Part shown: piece by piece, positions 38,451 to 51,819 of the stretch
Layout: each line of letters opens with the position of its first letter
Position numbering within the stretch: position 1 is the stretch's first letter
DNA from: Neoechinorhynchus agilis
Lineage: Eukaryota; Animalia; Acanthocephala
Assembly (NCBI GenBank): GCA_051530055.1
Contig: CM121342.1
Location: 13,407,480 to 13,471,479, forward strand
Reading direction: 5' to 3'
Length of the DNA: 64,000 nt
Made by a program: the position numbers and the translations under genes
The notes under the pieces: model-generated
Told to the model about the DNA's origin: nothing
What the model saw: the letters and a program-made list of their open reading frames with translations, nothing else
Database searches by the model: none

Positions 38451-39917
38451 TCACAAATCAGCTGTTTCCCCATCCTCTTCCAATTCATCTATCACGATTT
38501 CGCCCTTATCAAGGGCCCATGGCTGCACCTCCGCGGTTCCCGTCAATATAAACGATAATCCTGAAATGAAATAACAAACAGCACAAATGCTAAATACAAT
38601 GCGCCACTGGCTTGCCAATCCATCTTTCACTATCACGCCGACCATTGTCGGGCACAATACTCCTGGCAGGATTCCAAACGTGTTAGAAATGCCCCAGATT
38701 ATGCCAGCAAATCTTGGCGCCATGTCGTTGGCACTGCAATACATCCCACCTCCTGTATTAAATCCTGTCGTCGCCAAGATCAGCGTAAACAGCAGGGTAC
38801 CGGCCCATGCTGTCTTGGCCGTCACAAATCCTGTAAGGAATATGAAAATTCCAGGTAGAAAGTTTCCAAGTGCTGTAAAAACTTTTCGGGCTTTTGTACG
38901 ATCAATTGTTCTGGCGTTAATAAGTTTATCGCAAATTACTCCGCAGATTAAAGTCATTAGCCAGTAGAAGATATAGGGTACCGAACCAAAAAATCCGCTT
39001 TTCTTAACGTTGAAATTAAGAACGTCCTTGCTGTAAGTACTAATATTTGTCAGACGAGTAAAAAATCCAACAGCCTTGAAAAAATGAGATGTAAACATTC
39101 CCCAACAAGGGAATGATGTAAATATGGCCTTGTACGGAACCTTTGGAGCTTCGCCAATTGCTGAAGAAATTGGTTTGTTTTGACAAATATACTCGAGTTC
39201 TCGTTTGGGGATAAAGTGGTGATCTTCTGGCCGCGATCTTGCCAAAAGTGCCCATGCAATCGTCCACATTATTCCAAAGATTCCAGACACACAGAAAACC
39301 AGGGGCCATCCGTCCAAAAACGATTGCTCGCAAAGGACGGCGGATAGCGGAAGAGCGACAATAGTGCCCAATTGTGCTCCGGAATTGCTTATAGATATTA
39401 ATTGACTTCTTTCCTGAGCAGGAGCCCATTCACTGAGTAAATGTAAAAGTGCAGGCCAGTTGACGCTTGCAAGAAATCCAAGAAAAAATCGCATCAAAAA
39501 CATTAGAACTGGACTTATGTTGGCTGCGAATTGCGTCGCCAGAGTACACAAAGAACTTCCAGTTACTGATATTATCAACACTCGTTGAGGTCCGAGTTTG
39601 TATGCTAGAACGCCTGCAATTGCTTGAGTTAAAAGGCATCCGTAGAAATATGCAGACAATATGTATCCTTGGACTTTTCGATTCCAGTCAATTACATTCT
39701 TATTGGAAGAGGATGTATTTAGTTCTTGATAATGACCTTTCGTTTCATTGAAAACAACGCTGGTCAAGTTTGCTTTATCTGTCATACTAACAATCGCCTG
39801 AGTAAGATTTACCCGTTGGAGATAGTTGACTACCAAGCATAAACATGCCAAGATTGCGATCATCAGCCGGGTGGAGCAAACGAGTCGAGGAGCAGGAGTG
39901 TTTCTCGGTTGATTCAT
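38451..39917 (-). CDS. SLC17/sialin-like MFS anion transporter, intronless, copy A2 (488 aa)
   Basis: NYLQRVNL, QGYILSAYFYG, EWAPAQERS, GAQLGT, GWPLVF, DMAPRFAGIIWGISNTFG. Confidence 0.95.
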   Translation of the reverse strand: MNQPRNTPAPRLVCSTRLMIAILACLCLVVNYLQRVNLTQAIVSMTDKANLTSVVFNETKGHYQELNTSSSNKNVIDWNRKVQGYILSAYFYGCLLTQAIAGVLAYKLGPQRVLIISVTGSSLCTLATQFAANISPVLMFLMRFFLGFLASVNWPALLHLLSEWAPAQERSQLISISNSGAQLGTIVALPLSAVLCEQSFLDGWPLVFCVSGIFGIMWTIAWALLARSRPEDHHFIPKRELEYICQNKPISSAIGEAPKVPYKAIFTSFPCWGMFTSHFFKAVGFFTRLTNISTYSKDVLNFNVKKSGFFGSVPYIFYWLMTLICGVICDKLINARTIDRTKARKVFTALGNFLPGIFIFLTGFVTAKTAWAGTLLFTLILATTGFNTGGGMYCSANDMAPRFAGIIWGISNTFGILPGVLCPTMVGVIVKDGLASQWRIVFSICAVCYFISGLSFILTGTAEVQPWALDKGEIVIDELEEDGETADL

Positions 39918-42391
39918 CTATAAATGCGAGTCCACAGGAAAAGTTCTTGAAGATTTCTAAGTTCGATTTTGGTGTACTGATATAATTGTCGCTCTTTTCT
40001 CTGGAGAATGAATTGATCGATATGATTCGACGAAAATTGGCACAAGAAATCTATCAGAAAGTTTAGAAGCTGTTTTCCGCAATGAGAGTTCGTTAATGAA
40101 AATCGATACTCCTTAGATGTATGAAAAAAATGAGCCCTACTTAAACTCACAAAGGAAAACCTCTTGGGCTCTATTCAATTGATGATCGCGTCAATACAAA
40201 CATTACCTAGAAAGTTGCGACGAATTAAGAGGATGGCTTTCAGCTACATTCAACAAGCTTCAAGGAAATCGATCAAACCCCTTCTGTTGGCGACCAGCTT
40301 CACCGCCTCTAAGCAAAACGATTGAATGAAACTCAAACATCGCAGAAATTCGGATAAATAAGCGACCTTGATAACGTATAAAAATATTTTTATTGAAATA
40401 AGAAAGATCACCTAAGTGCCGTATTGATATGTTTTTTAGATATAAAGTTTTATGAGAATTGGTTCGCTGTTAAAGCAATTGAAGTTCCGATCGCTCGGTT
40501 AAAGGATTTCGAGTGAGATGAACAAAGCTGAAAATGTCCGGTAAAAATATAAAACGTTAAAGACGATAAAACGCAAATAAAGTACTACGTTTCAACTAAC
40601 TGACTGGAATGAATTTGAAGACAATAATTTATTAATCATCGAGAGAAATTTCTTTGGAATGATAAAGCTAATCAATACAAAAGAACAAATATGTTTTTAG
40701 AAGTGTTTTATTCGGGATTCACAAAATGGAAGCAGTCCTATGCAAATATTTACAGTCGAATAAACCCGTCGCGGTAAGATAGCGCCTTGAGCTAAGGAGA
40801 TTTTTTGCACTTCGTAATTATGTTGGAAGATTAAAGTCCTGTCGGAAATATATTCCCTTGACAGCGCATTTCATAAATATAAAATTGAACTATGCCGATT
40901 TTTTTGCCTCGCAAGTTATTTTAATGCTTGATTTTTGCTTTGACGGTTACAAAATAGCGCAATGTTTTGGCTACAATTTCACACAATCATTTTTAAAAAG
41001 ATTTTACTGTAAGTTCGGCGGTGCTTTACTTGTCCAGTTCGTTCATCGAATACTTTAGATTAAACCCCATCGCATTTTAAAGAGTAACATTCACAAAGGT
41101 ATTTCCTTATAACTTTTACTAGGAATTCGGATAATATGTGGCTCAAATTTAATCTTCATCGTCCTCAGACACGTATAATCTCATCGAGGATAGCATGGTA
41201 CCGACTGGGTTCACGGTGTAACTCTCATTTTCCGTTCTCAGCGATTAAAACAAATTCTTGAGCGTTTCACTTTCATCAAGATCGTCGAGCCCGGAATCGC
41301 TTTAAAAGTCCGACGACTGTGACGAACTGGTACATAACAACTCTTTGTCTATACTCTTTAAAATATCATTTCCGTCAATAGAAGTGCAATCATTCTTGAT
41401 ACTTCAAGGTTCCTAGGCGCCTTCCATCAATCCACTTCTACCCTTGGCAAAGTCACCGTGGATCGCCTTTGGTATCAGATCAGGTTGAAATCTAACGTTC
41501 ATAGAAGATGTCACGTATTTTTCATAAAGCTCCGGAACAAGGCCAAGTTGGTCTACGCAATCTGCCTTATGCGCTTTAAGCCAACCGCAATACAGTTTGG
41601 AGCTTTGTGTTCCCATTGTTTGAGTAATTTGATGAGAAGGATTACAAGGGACGGCTGATACGCTCCGGACTGCATTAATTTTGGAATACAGCAATTTGTG
41701 ACCGCGTCTCGTTATTTTTGCAACTCCGGTTTGCTTGCCCCGTTCAAAAGCGATCGTGCGAATGTTTGGATTGCATAAAAACTGGCGGCATATTGAACAC
41801 AGAGAAATTTTATTCTTTTTAATCTCTTTTGCAATTTATATAGGGAATGTTGTTTCAAGCGATTTCGAACAGCATCTCGGATCTGTGAAATTGAGTATTT
41901 TTTCTTTTATATTTAGAGGGAATCGATTTGTAAAAATGTATAGGGCAAGCAGTTAATTTTTTAGCCTGATTTTTGGTAGCGTTATTTATACAACTAACTA
42001 GAATTGCCCTTGGAATGAAATTTTGGTCATAAGCCTTTTCAAACTGGTTACACAAACAAAGTAGAATGATATATCTCAAATTGAGCTTGCGTCATGGACA
42101 GCGAAGAAGTCAATTCGACCATGTGATAGATTAACAATTTTTTATCAAAAATCAAAAAGGTATTTTATGGCTCTTAAATTAATTGGCGATTATCGTTAAA
42201 CTTTCTGAAAAGTGCACGATTGTTTTGAAGACATTGAATAGTTAACGTCCTAAAAAACTATGGTGATCAGTCAAAGAATTCTTAAACGACATTACGACAT
42301 TCAACTGTTAAAGACAAGTCGCTTAGTAGGACAAAGAGGCGCGATAATATGGTAAGATGATCTTCTTTGAGATCTCAATTAATTCGCTTTT

Positions 42392-43300
42392 TTACAGTCC
42401 TGAAATCCTTTTCTTCATTTCGGTGGCGTTATCAGATACATGTTTATGAAACTCCTTAACAACTGTCTCATCTCGTACCAAATGTATCTTTCCATTAGCG
42501 ACGATAATCCTATCATCGATATCGTCAACGAAGTCTTCTTCATCTAGGAAATAGGCACGCTCAACCAATAAGAATTGAAAACCTTCGGCTGAATGAATTA
42601 TTTGTATCACACATTCGTTCTGTGCACTAAAATCGAATAATAGTCTCGTAATCATCAATTGGTCGTCTATAATGACGGGTTGTCTGGCACGATCGGATTT
42701 CATTTCTAGGCGAAAAATACATTGGTGGCGATCTTAACTTTACTGTTTCGATTGAGGACTGCGCATATTGGACACCTTAATGGACATTCGATATGACATT
42801 TAAAGTTAATAAAATCTTAACTCGAAAACATAGCCCGTCATAAATATGCAATCGTCTACGATCTCGTACTTTTTCATCGTGATCAAGAGTTCAGTTTTAC
42901 AAAGGAACTGAGGAACTTCAAATGGACTGTACCATGAGTTGGATCATTCGCGAACAGCTTTATTTAGTGCATCACTCAGCAATCTACAATTGCGCTCAAT
43001 GAATATCTTACAGAGAACGGCCGATTCTATTTTCGAGAATCTAAAATGTAAGCAGCGTTTATGGAAAGGGAACATTTACAGAAAATCTCATTTGAAAACA
43101 GAATCAAAGCTTGACTCGTTAATCTTCGAATCGGTACTCGCTTTTTCTAAGCTGCTTCGCCTGCCGATCTCAATGAAGGCAGTAGTAGTTCTCCTTTTGC
43201 GTTGAACGTGACTCCAATAACAAACGCCAAATGCTATTGAACATGCGAACGCAATAGAAGTGAACAGGGCAACCCTGGACGCAGTTGACATTATCCACAA
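42392..43300 (-). pseudogene. Unidentified multi-exon gene with N-terminal signal anchor; partial paralog about 57290-57890
   Basis: MSTASRVALFTSIAFACSIAFGVCYWSHVQRKRR start; tttag acceptor; an in-frame TGA where the paralog has TGC. Confidence 0.45.
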
Positions 43301-44728
43301 AATTACAATTCGAAAAAAGTCTTTTAGCCATTTAGAAAATATAATGCCTTTTTATGTTTAAATTGCAAAACATCTCTGAACGAACCAAAATTAAAGTCTT
43401 AAATGTTTCCGCTGTCCAGCCGGTTCTATTGAAATAGATTTAGCGCATGGAAAACTAAAAAGCCGAGGAAGGGATGTTCTAAATTTGAAGAATCGGAGTG
43501 CAGAACAATTATGAAGGAACGACCATTTGTCTCATGGAATTAAGCTTTTCTCACTTTTTCCGATGGAGACCCGCTTTCCAATCAATATTTCATCTGATTT
43601 TCGAAGAAACGCGGAAATAATTCTTAGGACTAATCAATTTCTTATTCTGGGAGCTACAATTTTTGACTTTAGTAAATCTTCAGTTTTTTGAATAATAGGC
43701 TCAATTCACAATATGGTGTCAAAGTCTTCAATACTTTCTCTTTAATTTTTTCTGTTTCTATGCGTGACCTTTTTCACGGCTGATAACTTTCCTCGGCGCA
43801 CAGCTAACCGATCTGGTTCAGGGACGGGCTTAAAATCACTTAATACCCGGAACCATACGGTTATGAGTTTGTACATCCCTCGGGATCCCTCTTTTGTTTG
43901 AAGATTGAATTGTTCATGTTTTTATAAGGCGGAAAATGAAATGATTTATTGAATACGAAATTTCGGCACAAAATCGTGTGATGGAGGCACTAAGTTTTAC
44001 AGAAACTAACGACTTTAGGGGAATGTGATAAGATTAGTGTAAGATGGGGATTTGTTTTACCAAACACTGCGGAATTATGGACACATGGCCCCACTGATTT
44101 CGGCCTGCTTGCATAACAATGCTTACTCAAGTCGGTTATGTATTCAAACGGCGCCTTTCATAACTACCGATTTCCATTCACTTTTAAATGATTCGGTCGA
44201 TATCATTTAATTTGAATGTTTAGCATCAACTATTGTCTACAATTGCACTTACTAATGAACCCACAGTTTTCGCGAAATATGGCAATGAGATATTTTTACG
44301 GAACATGAGATAACCCATACGTCCATTTTTAATCACTGGGAGAAAATCCTTCGGAATAGCTGGTGATCATAATCCTGGACGGAAAAACATTCTATTGAGA
44401 TTTTAGCATCTTTATGCGTGGCTCAGACGATTGCTTTTATATCGAAAAGTGTAAGATGGGGATTTGTTTTACCAAACACTGCGGAATTATGGACACATAG
44501 CCACTGGTTTTTAGTCAGGAAAGCGCTGACTTGAGCTCAATGTCCTTGACAGTACGGTTATAAGTTTGTAAGAATCTCTCCGGATTCTCAAGTGAATTTC
44601 CTCTTCCCCTCAACGGTGTTTCGTCCCGTTTGGTTGTGCGTCTGCCCCATACTGGAATTAGGAGCTCTAGTCCGCAGGGCTAAATGTACAAACTTCGACA
44701 CTAGCAATTCGAAAAGTTAGTTCGTGTT

Positions 44729-45621
44729 GTGTGTGCTTTTCATCCTTTCCGCATCTGCATCTCTTACAACGCACGAATAGCGTGTCTGAGAGCGATTAAT
44801 GCTTTAAATGGCAGTTTTGAGCTTAACCCGAATCAGGGTTTGATCGTCAAATTCGCCGACAAACAAGGTATATCGGACGATCATAAGCATACGGACACAG
44901 AGCGCAGCTACCATCGATCACAACCAGCCGCAGATCATGAACAAATGGATCAATCGCTCGAACCTCTTCTTTATTCCATAATAATACCGATCCTCTGACC
45001 TCACAACTCCTTTCAATCGCCAATACGCAGCAAAACCTCCAATCCCTACTTGTATTGCAACAGCTAACTCAAGATAACGTCAGCTCCGTTGGTTCTTTAA
45101 ACAATCTAGCAAAAGCAATGGTCATTGCAAATTTACTAAATCAGCAGGGGCAGCATGGAGCAAATGGTCAACTCTTGACTGCTCTTCTAGCTACACGCCC
45201 TATCGATAGCGCCCTACAAACTGCGCCCTTGACCACCATTCCGCGTGTTACCAACGAGAGTGTACCGTTAACTCATAGAAAACGTCCGTTATCCTTCAAC
45301 GTTCGTTCTGATGTGTCGCCCATTCCATCGAAACGAACAAGTGCTACTGGCCGCCCAATTAAAGGTCCGCAAGGATGTAATGTGTTCGTAAACTTCCTTC
45401 CTTCGAGTTTCAGTGATGACGACTTGTACGATTTGTTCTGTCCGTACGGCATTGTCTTGTCGACCAAAGTTTTCTTTGATAGAGTAACCAATAGAAGCAA
45501 ATGCTTCGGCTTCGTTAGCTACGACAACCGTTCCGCTGCAGATGCTGCTATCAGAAGTCTTCATAACTGTGTTGTTTGTAACAAGAAGCTTGACGTAGAA
45601 TTTAAAAAAAGTGAATTCTAA
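44729..45621 (+). pseudogene. CELF copy B2 lacking exon 1, with a 1-nt deletion near 44980
   Basis: Near-identical to 31577-32467; ORF split into 89 and 188 aa. Confidence 0.85.
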
Positions 45622-46589
45622 GTGCGCCGCGTCTTTGAACTTTAAACTTTAAGTTTTATTCTTGTCCGTTGTTCTCGTTTATTCATTTTTTATGTCGCTT
45701 TGTTCGGTTGGAGCAAATGTTCTGAGAATCTGCTGATTTTTTATATACATACCATTTCGCGATTTATCATGTTGGTTGTTCTGTTTGTGTGCGGTTGTGC
45801 TCACATGTAACCAATTGTTTTGTTTGTCCGATGAGCAAATTCCAATTAAAATCGATCACATTTTTAAACTTAGAATTGTAATGAAGATACTCCTGGCTAA
45901 GAGGTATTTAATTGCTACGAAATATTTCGAAGGAGGAAACCTCGTCATAAAACATTTAAACAATGGTAGCAATAAAATACCTATTAATATAGGGTATCTT
46001 CACCACAATTCCAACTTTATCATCCACAAGGATTGTCTCTAAATGATTAACATTTTTAAACTCTTCTTTGCCTTCTCCATCCAAAAGGCGAGTTTTTGTG
46101 TGCTCTGCGACTCGTTTTTTCAGACTGATTTTTAATCAATCCTGGTTTTGCATTTCACTAGTTTGAATAATTGTGGACGTGTGCGTAATTAACCCGCTTT
46201 GTTGTCGATCGTTCTTATCTAGGAACATTAAATAATAACAGCCTTTATTTTTTATCTTTTACTGTGCTGGAAAAGTAACGCATAGCTATTTAAAATAATG
46301 AAAAGTGGATCCTATTTATATCGTTGAAAGCTTCCTTTCAATTGTGGAATGCGACTTCAATGGCACACAAATTTCCTATAAGAGACAATAAACTAAAACT
46401 TGTAATATTTGTTCTTAGGGTGTATTTTGACAGCGATTGAGGCTGGTCATTGCATCGCACATTCAGAGAATTGAGTAAGCCCTTTACATTTCACACATAT
46501 AAACTCGTTCTCTTGCGCAGTGGGCTAATCACCATCGCCAGGAAGCGAGATAATCGACACGCAAGTCCATTGACAGCCGAAATAATTGG

Positions 46590-47108
46590 TCTGTATATAA
46601 GCAAATTTATGTTGAGATGCACATTACAGTTATGATTTGTTCATCGTCATTAACGGAGAAACAATTGGCGATGGACAGAATAAACGCAATTTTCACTAAT
46701 AATGGATATACACGTAAAAGGGAAATCACGCGGTTGCAGCAGCGGTGAGGAAAACCGATTCTCGGGAGTTCATATATAATTGAAAAGTTCACTAGTGACT
46801 TTCGAAAGCTTCTGCGGCGATCGAGAATAGATGTTCGGATTATCCACAGAAGCGCGCCTATACTAAAGCGAACCCTAGCGAGAACTGAGCATCATTAAAC
46901 GCTCGAAATATGTCCAGCATCGTCCTTGATATGTGTATGCGCCGTAGAGATTTGCACCCGAAGCAAAGTCGTCTACGAGATGACCAACGAACGATGTTGG
47001 GCGATGACAATCGCGGGCGGGGATCATCTATAGATATGCAAAATTGAACGGCCTTTGCGTCAACGTTTGACGGAATACATTCGCAATGCACTGAATCCGG
47101 ACGCAAAA
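46590..47108 (+). mobile_element. PLE relic (thumb and GIY-YIG-like region); paralog 59140-59858
   Basis: FTNNGY, SKVVYEMT..C..KIERPLRQRLTEY. Confidence 0.65.
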
Positions 47109-47269
47109 TGACATCACATGGAAGCTTTCGCGTACATTTATTTCGTTGTTTCGGTAATAATATTCTGTAAAAAACGGAAAGGGCGGTAAACCACTTCGTA
47201 GGTTCAATTTTCGTTATAATTAAACTTTTTATTCCAAGTTCAAGCGATGAATGAGAGATTCCGACAATT

Positions 47270-47600
47270 CGTGATAATTATGACACAAAACACTGCTCAA
47301 GACTAGGACATCCCATGGACTGGCATGAACGTCAATAATATTTTCAAACCAATGTCTCCAATAAACAATTGAGTATAAAAGCAGCTGAGATCAATGTTTA
47401 GAGACAGTGTGAATTTAAGGAGCCCAATCGGATATTCTCAAACGAACGGACACATTCTCACCCGAACGAACCTCCCATAACTTGATATTCAAATCCTAAC
47501 GGATACGGTTTTGTTGTTTGAACAATTGTGAATTTGAATGCTTATGAGGACCCAAAGGTACATGGGTCCTCCTATTCTTTCATTGTATTTTCAACGATAA
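47270..47600 (+). mobile_element. PLE 3' remnant followed by R1 subrepeats and a 9-bp hairpin
   Basis: HCSRLGHPMDW..LSIKAAEI GIY-YIG-like C-terminus; gaggaccca-aaggtaca-tgggtcctc near 47547. Confidence 0.6.
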
Positions 47601-48004
47601 ACGTGTTCACGCTGACCGATATACCTCTGTCATTATCAATACAACTTTAACAAAACCGCTTTGTTCCGCTATAACCGATGCGAACTATAACGAATTTTCA
47701 TTCAAAAGTTGACCCGGTACTTTAGAATTTCAGATGCCAGAAAGCACTTTCTCTTATCTCGACTGTAGATCGATCGACTCTGTGTTTTTCATGTTTTACC
47801 TCATTTATTTTAATATACATTTTCGAATGAAAATCAGATTGCATAGCTGTTATATAGTGAGCGATCGTGACACGCACTGCGCGTCCAATCGATAATGACC
47901 AAACGATGTTTGGGGGTGTGTGCGTTTGTTTTTGGTTTTTGCAGTTGGTCAGGTTTTGAAAAAACGTTAATAAAACTTATCATGAAGAGTGAAGATACTT
48001 CAAT

Positions 48005-48024
48005 TGGTGACAGCGGTGGGATTC
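48005..48024 (+). promoter_or_regulatory. Primer-binding site, tRNA-Leu-like
   Basis: TGGTGACAGCGGTGGGATTC, complementary to ..GAATCCCACCGCTGTCACCA, 2 nt after the 5' LTR. Confidence 0.8.
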
Positions 48025-51000
48025 AGGATTTGGACCGTAAGTTAGAACTGTTCCGAAGAGACCCGTGTTCGGAATCCACGGGCGTAGGATGGACAACGTG
48101 CATTCGTCGTTTCGAAAGACACCTATGGTTAAAAGGTTTCCGCGGAACCGAGAAACGTGTGTCCGAAGCGAAAGCGATGCTGCTATTGGCGTTTATGGGT
48201 GATACTAACCTAAGCAAATTGTAAACGCATGTATTTCCTAAGGATGTCGGTAATCTTGGTTACCAGGAAATCATTCAGTCAATGACCGATCTACTTACGC
48301 CAACTACGACAATATTTGCTGCCCGTTTTGCGTTCGAGAAAACCAATAGAAAAGATGGTGAGTCTTTCAACGAGTTTGCAGATCGATTGCGCACGCTAAG
48401 TGCGTGCTGTAGCTACGGGGATAACTTGGACGAACGGTTACGGGATCGTTTCGCTATTGGTTTGAACGATGCCCGAATCGAGACGGAGATAAGGTGCCGT
48501 TGGCCAGACAAGATACAGGAAAAAAATTGTATCGATGAAACAAGTCCTAGATCTATGCATCCCAATGGAACGAGCAATAGCTGAGGTAAGACAAACGAAG
48601 GACGAAGATGCAGGTACGTTGCACCGGGTAGTGGCGAGAAACTTCGAGAAGTGGAATCATGCCGATGATCGAAGAAGAAGAACCATCTGTAATCGATGTG
48701 GAAAAGTTCATAAAAGCAACGAGCCGTGTATTTTTCGAGGAGGAAACTCTCAGACCTTTTCAGACAGCCGAGGAGGAAGATGTTTCAACTGCGGGAGATT
48801 TGGCCATTTTGCATGGAATTGTTTCCGATCGCAGGTCAAGCAGGTAAAACAGATCGGAGAGGAGGAAGAAGTGATTAGAAACATCAACGCTGTTGGACAA
48901 AACCAAAAGTGGACGCGAAATCTTAAAGTCAATGGAAGATCAGTGGAGATGGAATATAACACCGGTGCCGGTGTCTCGGTGATCCCGGAACTGGTCAAGT
49001 GGAGGTGGAATTCGAGGGACGTCGAGCCATGGTCGAAGTTGCCGTGGTGCGAACCATAGATAGAGCGTTGTGTGGACTAAATTGGATATGTGCTGTTGGT
49101 ATAGTTCCGGTGCACTTAGATGCGATCTGGAGAGGAAACCAAGGGATGGGGATCGGTGTGGTATCCCCAATAAATCAGATGGAGATGAAACCAGAGAAGG
49201 AATATGCTAAACTGTTTTCGAATGAATTGGGGAAAATCAAGGGATATCAAGTGGAATTGTCAGTGAGAGATGATGCGAGTCTAAAAAATTTTCCGGCACG
49301 GAGAGTTCCTCTTCCGATGGTTGAATGTTTACAGGAGGAGATGAACAGGCTTCAAGCAATCGGCGTTCTAAAGAAAGCTTATCCGACGAGAGAACCGCTG
49401 GAATGGGCCACACCGATCGTTCGCGTGAAGAAAGCGAATAACAGGATCAGAGTATGTGGTGATTTTCGAGTCACTATAAACGAATATCTTAGAAGAGACA
49501 GTTGTATAATTCCGAAAATCGAGGATATATTATGCAAGATCGGTTCCGGACGGAAATGTAGCAAACTCGATCTGAAAGATGCCTACCAACAGTTACCGGT
49601 ATCACAAAATCGCAAAAACTATTGACGATTACAACGCCTATGAGTTATTATCAATATACGAGATTGCCATTTGGGATCTATTCGGCGCCTTTCATATTTC
49701 AGCGATTTATGAACAGTTATTAGAAGATATTCCGAATGTCGCAGTATACTTAGATGATATCGTGATAAGCGGAAACGACGATGAGCAACACATAGGCAAC
49801 CTAAGTAGAGTTCTGCAGAGATTGGAAGACACAGGATTAACACTGAAGTTAGGAAAATGCTGTTTTCTCCAGGAAAAGGTTGAGATTTTAGGAATGATCT
49901 GGGAATCGGGGAAAATAAGAGCACCACAAGCGAAATTGCGGTCAATGATCAATTGTCGACCTCCGAAAACACGAACGCAATTGAGAGCCTTCCTCGGAGC
50001 AGCAAGATACCATGAACGATTTTTGCCACACTTGCACGCTGTGTGTAGTCCGCTTCATAGACTGATCAGTTCGAAGATTCCATGGAGATGGGGGAAAATA
50101 GAACAAGATAGTTTCATGGCAGCGAAAAAATTGATGGAACATCCGAAAGTGTTGATGCCGTATGCTGTTGAAAAAGCGGTAATCCTGTCGTGTGATGCGA
50201 GTGAAGTGGGGTTTGGGCGGTACTCTTGCAGCAGGAAGGGAGAAACTGGAGAGCGATCGCGTATGCGTCAAGAACTTTATCACCTGCGGAAAAAAATATT
50301 CAACAATAGATAAAGAAGCCGGGCGATATTGTTTGGAATAAAGAAATTTCACCACTTCTTATTCGGACTTAGTTTTCGACTGATGACCGATCACAAACCT
50401 TTGATTCACACATTCGGACATAAAAAAGAATTGAATCAGATACATGGTAACCGTTTGCGAAGATGGGCGATTGAATATGTGAAAGGCAAAGAGAATGTAT
50501 ATGCCGATGCACTATCAAGAATACCAGAAGTTTCAAATGAACCAGTGGAGAGTTTTGTCAATGAAATTGATCTAATAGATTGTGACGATTCAAAACTCAT
50601 AAACGCAGATGTGTTGGCGAGGGTGTGTAAGTATATCAAGACACAATGGCTCCAAGTGATTCCGAATGATTTACGGACATAATACGAAAAGAGGGGAGAA
50701 CTATCGGTCGAAAACAACATCTTTTTTTGGCTGGGTAGGATGATTATCCCAGAGGCGTTGCGAGATGAGGTTCTCAAAATGCTACATCAAAGCCATCCCG
50801 GATGTTCGTCATGAAGTCTTTGGCCAGGATATACGTCTGGTGGCCACGATTGGATAAAGCGATCGAAGACTATGTGAGTCGATGTCAGGCGTGTCAAGAA
50901 TGGCTACCGAAGCAACCAGAGGTGGATATGATACCTTGGGATGTGCCGAGGACTCCCTGGGAGCGGATCCACATAGATTATGCTGGTCCAGTGCAGAACA

Positions 51001-51805
51001 CAATGTGGCTCATCGTGGTCGATGCGTTCACGAAGTGGCCAGAGGTAATCGAAGTGCGCTCGACGCCGATTATTCTGCCGTTTTTTGCCAAAAAAAAGGT
51101 GGCCATGGATAACAGTTCAAGCATCCGATCCGAAACGTTTCAAGACATCCTAATGAGTAATGGAAGTAAACCTATTTATTGGACACCATACCACCCTCGT
51201 ACTAACTGTCAAGCCGATCAATTTGTTCGAACAGTAAAAGAGAGGGTTTTCAGATGTTTCCCTCGATGCGCGTACGAAAAACAATTACAAAGCTTTCTAT
51301 TAAGCTACAGAAACTGTCCAAATGCGACGACCGGGGTAAGTCCTGCGGTGGCGATGTTCGGACGCCCAATTCGAGTACTATTCGATAACCTTCACAAGGA
51401 CGACCACGACACTAGGGTGGAAAAAAAAAGAAAAATGGAAGGATAAGCACGACCAAGGCTCAAAATGGAGGGAATTCGAGAAGAACGAGCAGGTGTGGTG
51501 CAAGACGCAACATGATCGACGATGGTGTTCAGAGCGAGTGGAGAATCGAAATGGTCCCGTCTCCTATAAAGTTAGGACCGAAAGAGGGATAGAGAGAAAA
51601 CACGCTGATCACCTGAGACCAGCAGTAGCCATAGCAGAGGCAGGGGAATTGCCGCACGGGGAACAAACGCCCAATGAGCCCATCAATGATGAACCAACGA
51701 ATGAGACGGAAAGGGGATCCAATGTCACGGACCCATTGCGAAGGAGTACGAGAATACGACGTCGACCTGAGTGGTTAAGCGATTACGACACCTCCGGTCT
51801 CAATT

Positions 51806-51819
51806 AAGGAGGGGAGAAA
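51806..51819 (+). promoter_or_regulatory. Polypurine tract
   Basis: aaggaggggagaaa directly before the 3' LTR; repeated before 60868. Confidence 0.9.

Noticed and set aside
38587-39751. Antisense and alternate-frame ORFs over SLC17 (also over CELF, NCS and gypsy)
   Set aside because: Shadow frames, repeated only because the DNA is duplicated.
38451-39917. Horizontal (bacterial) origin of the intronless transporter
   Set aside because: Motifs are those of animal SLC17; the lack of introns alone is not evidence.
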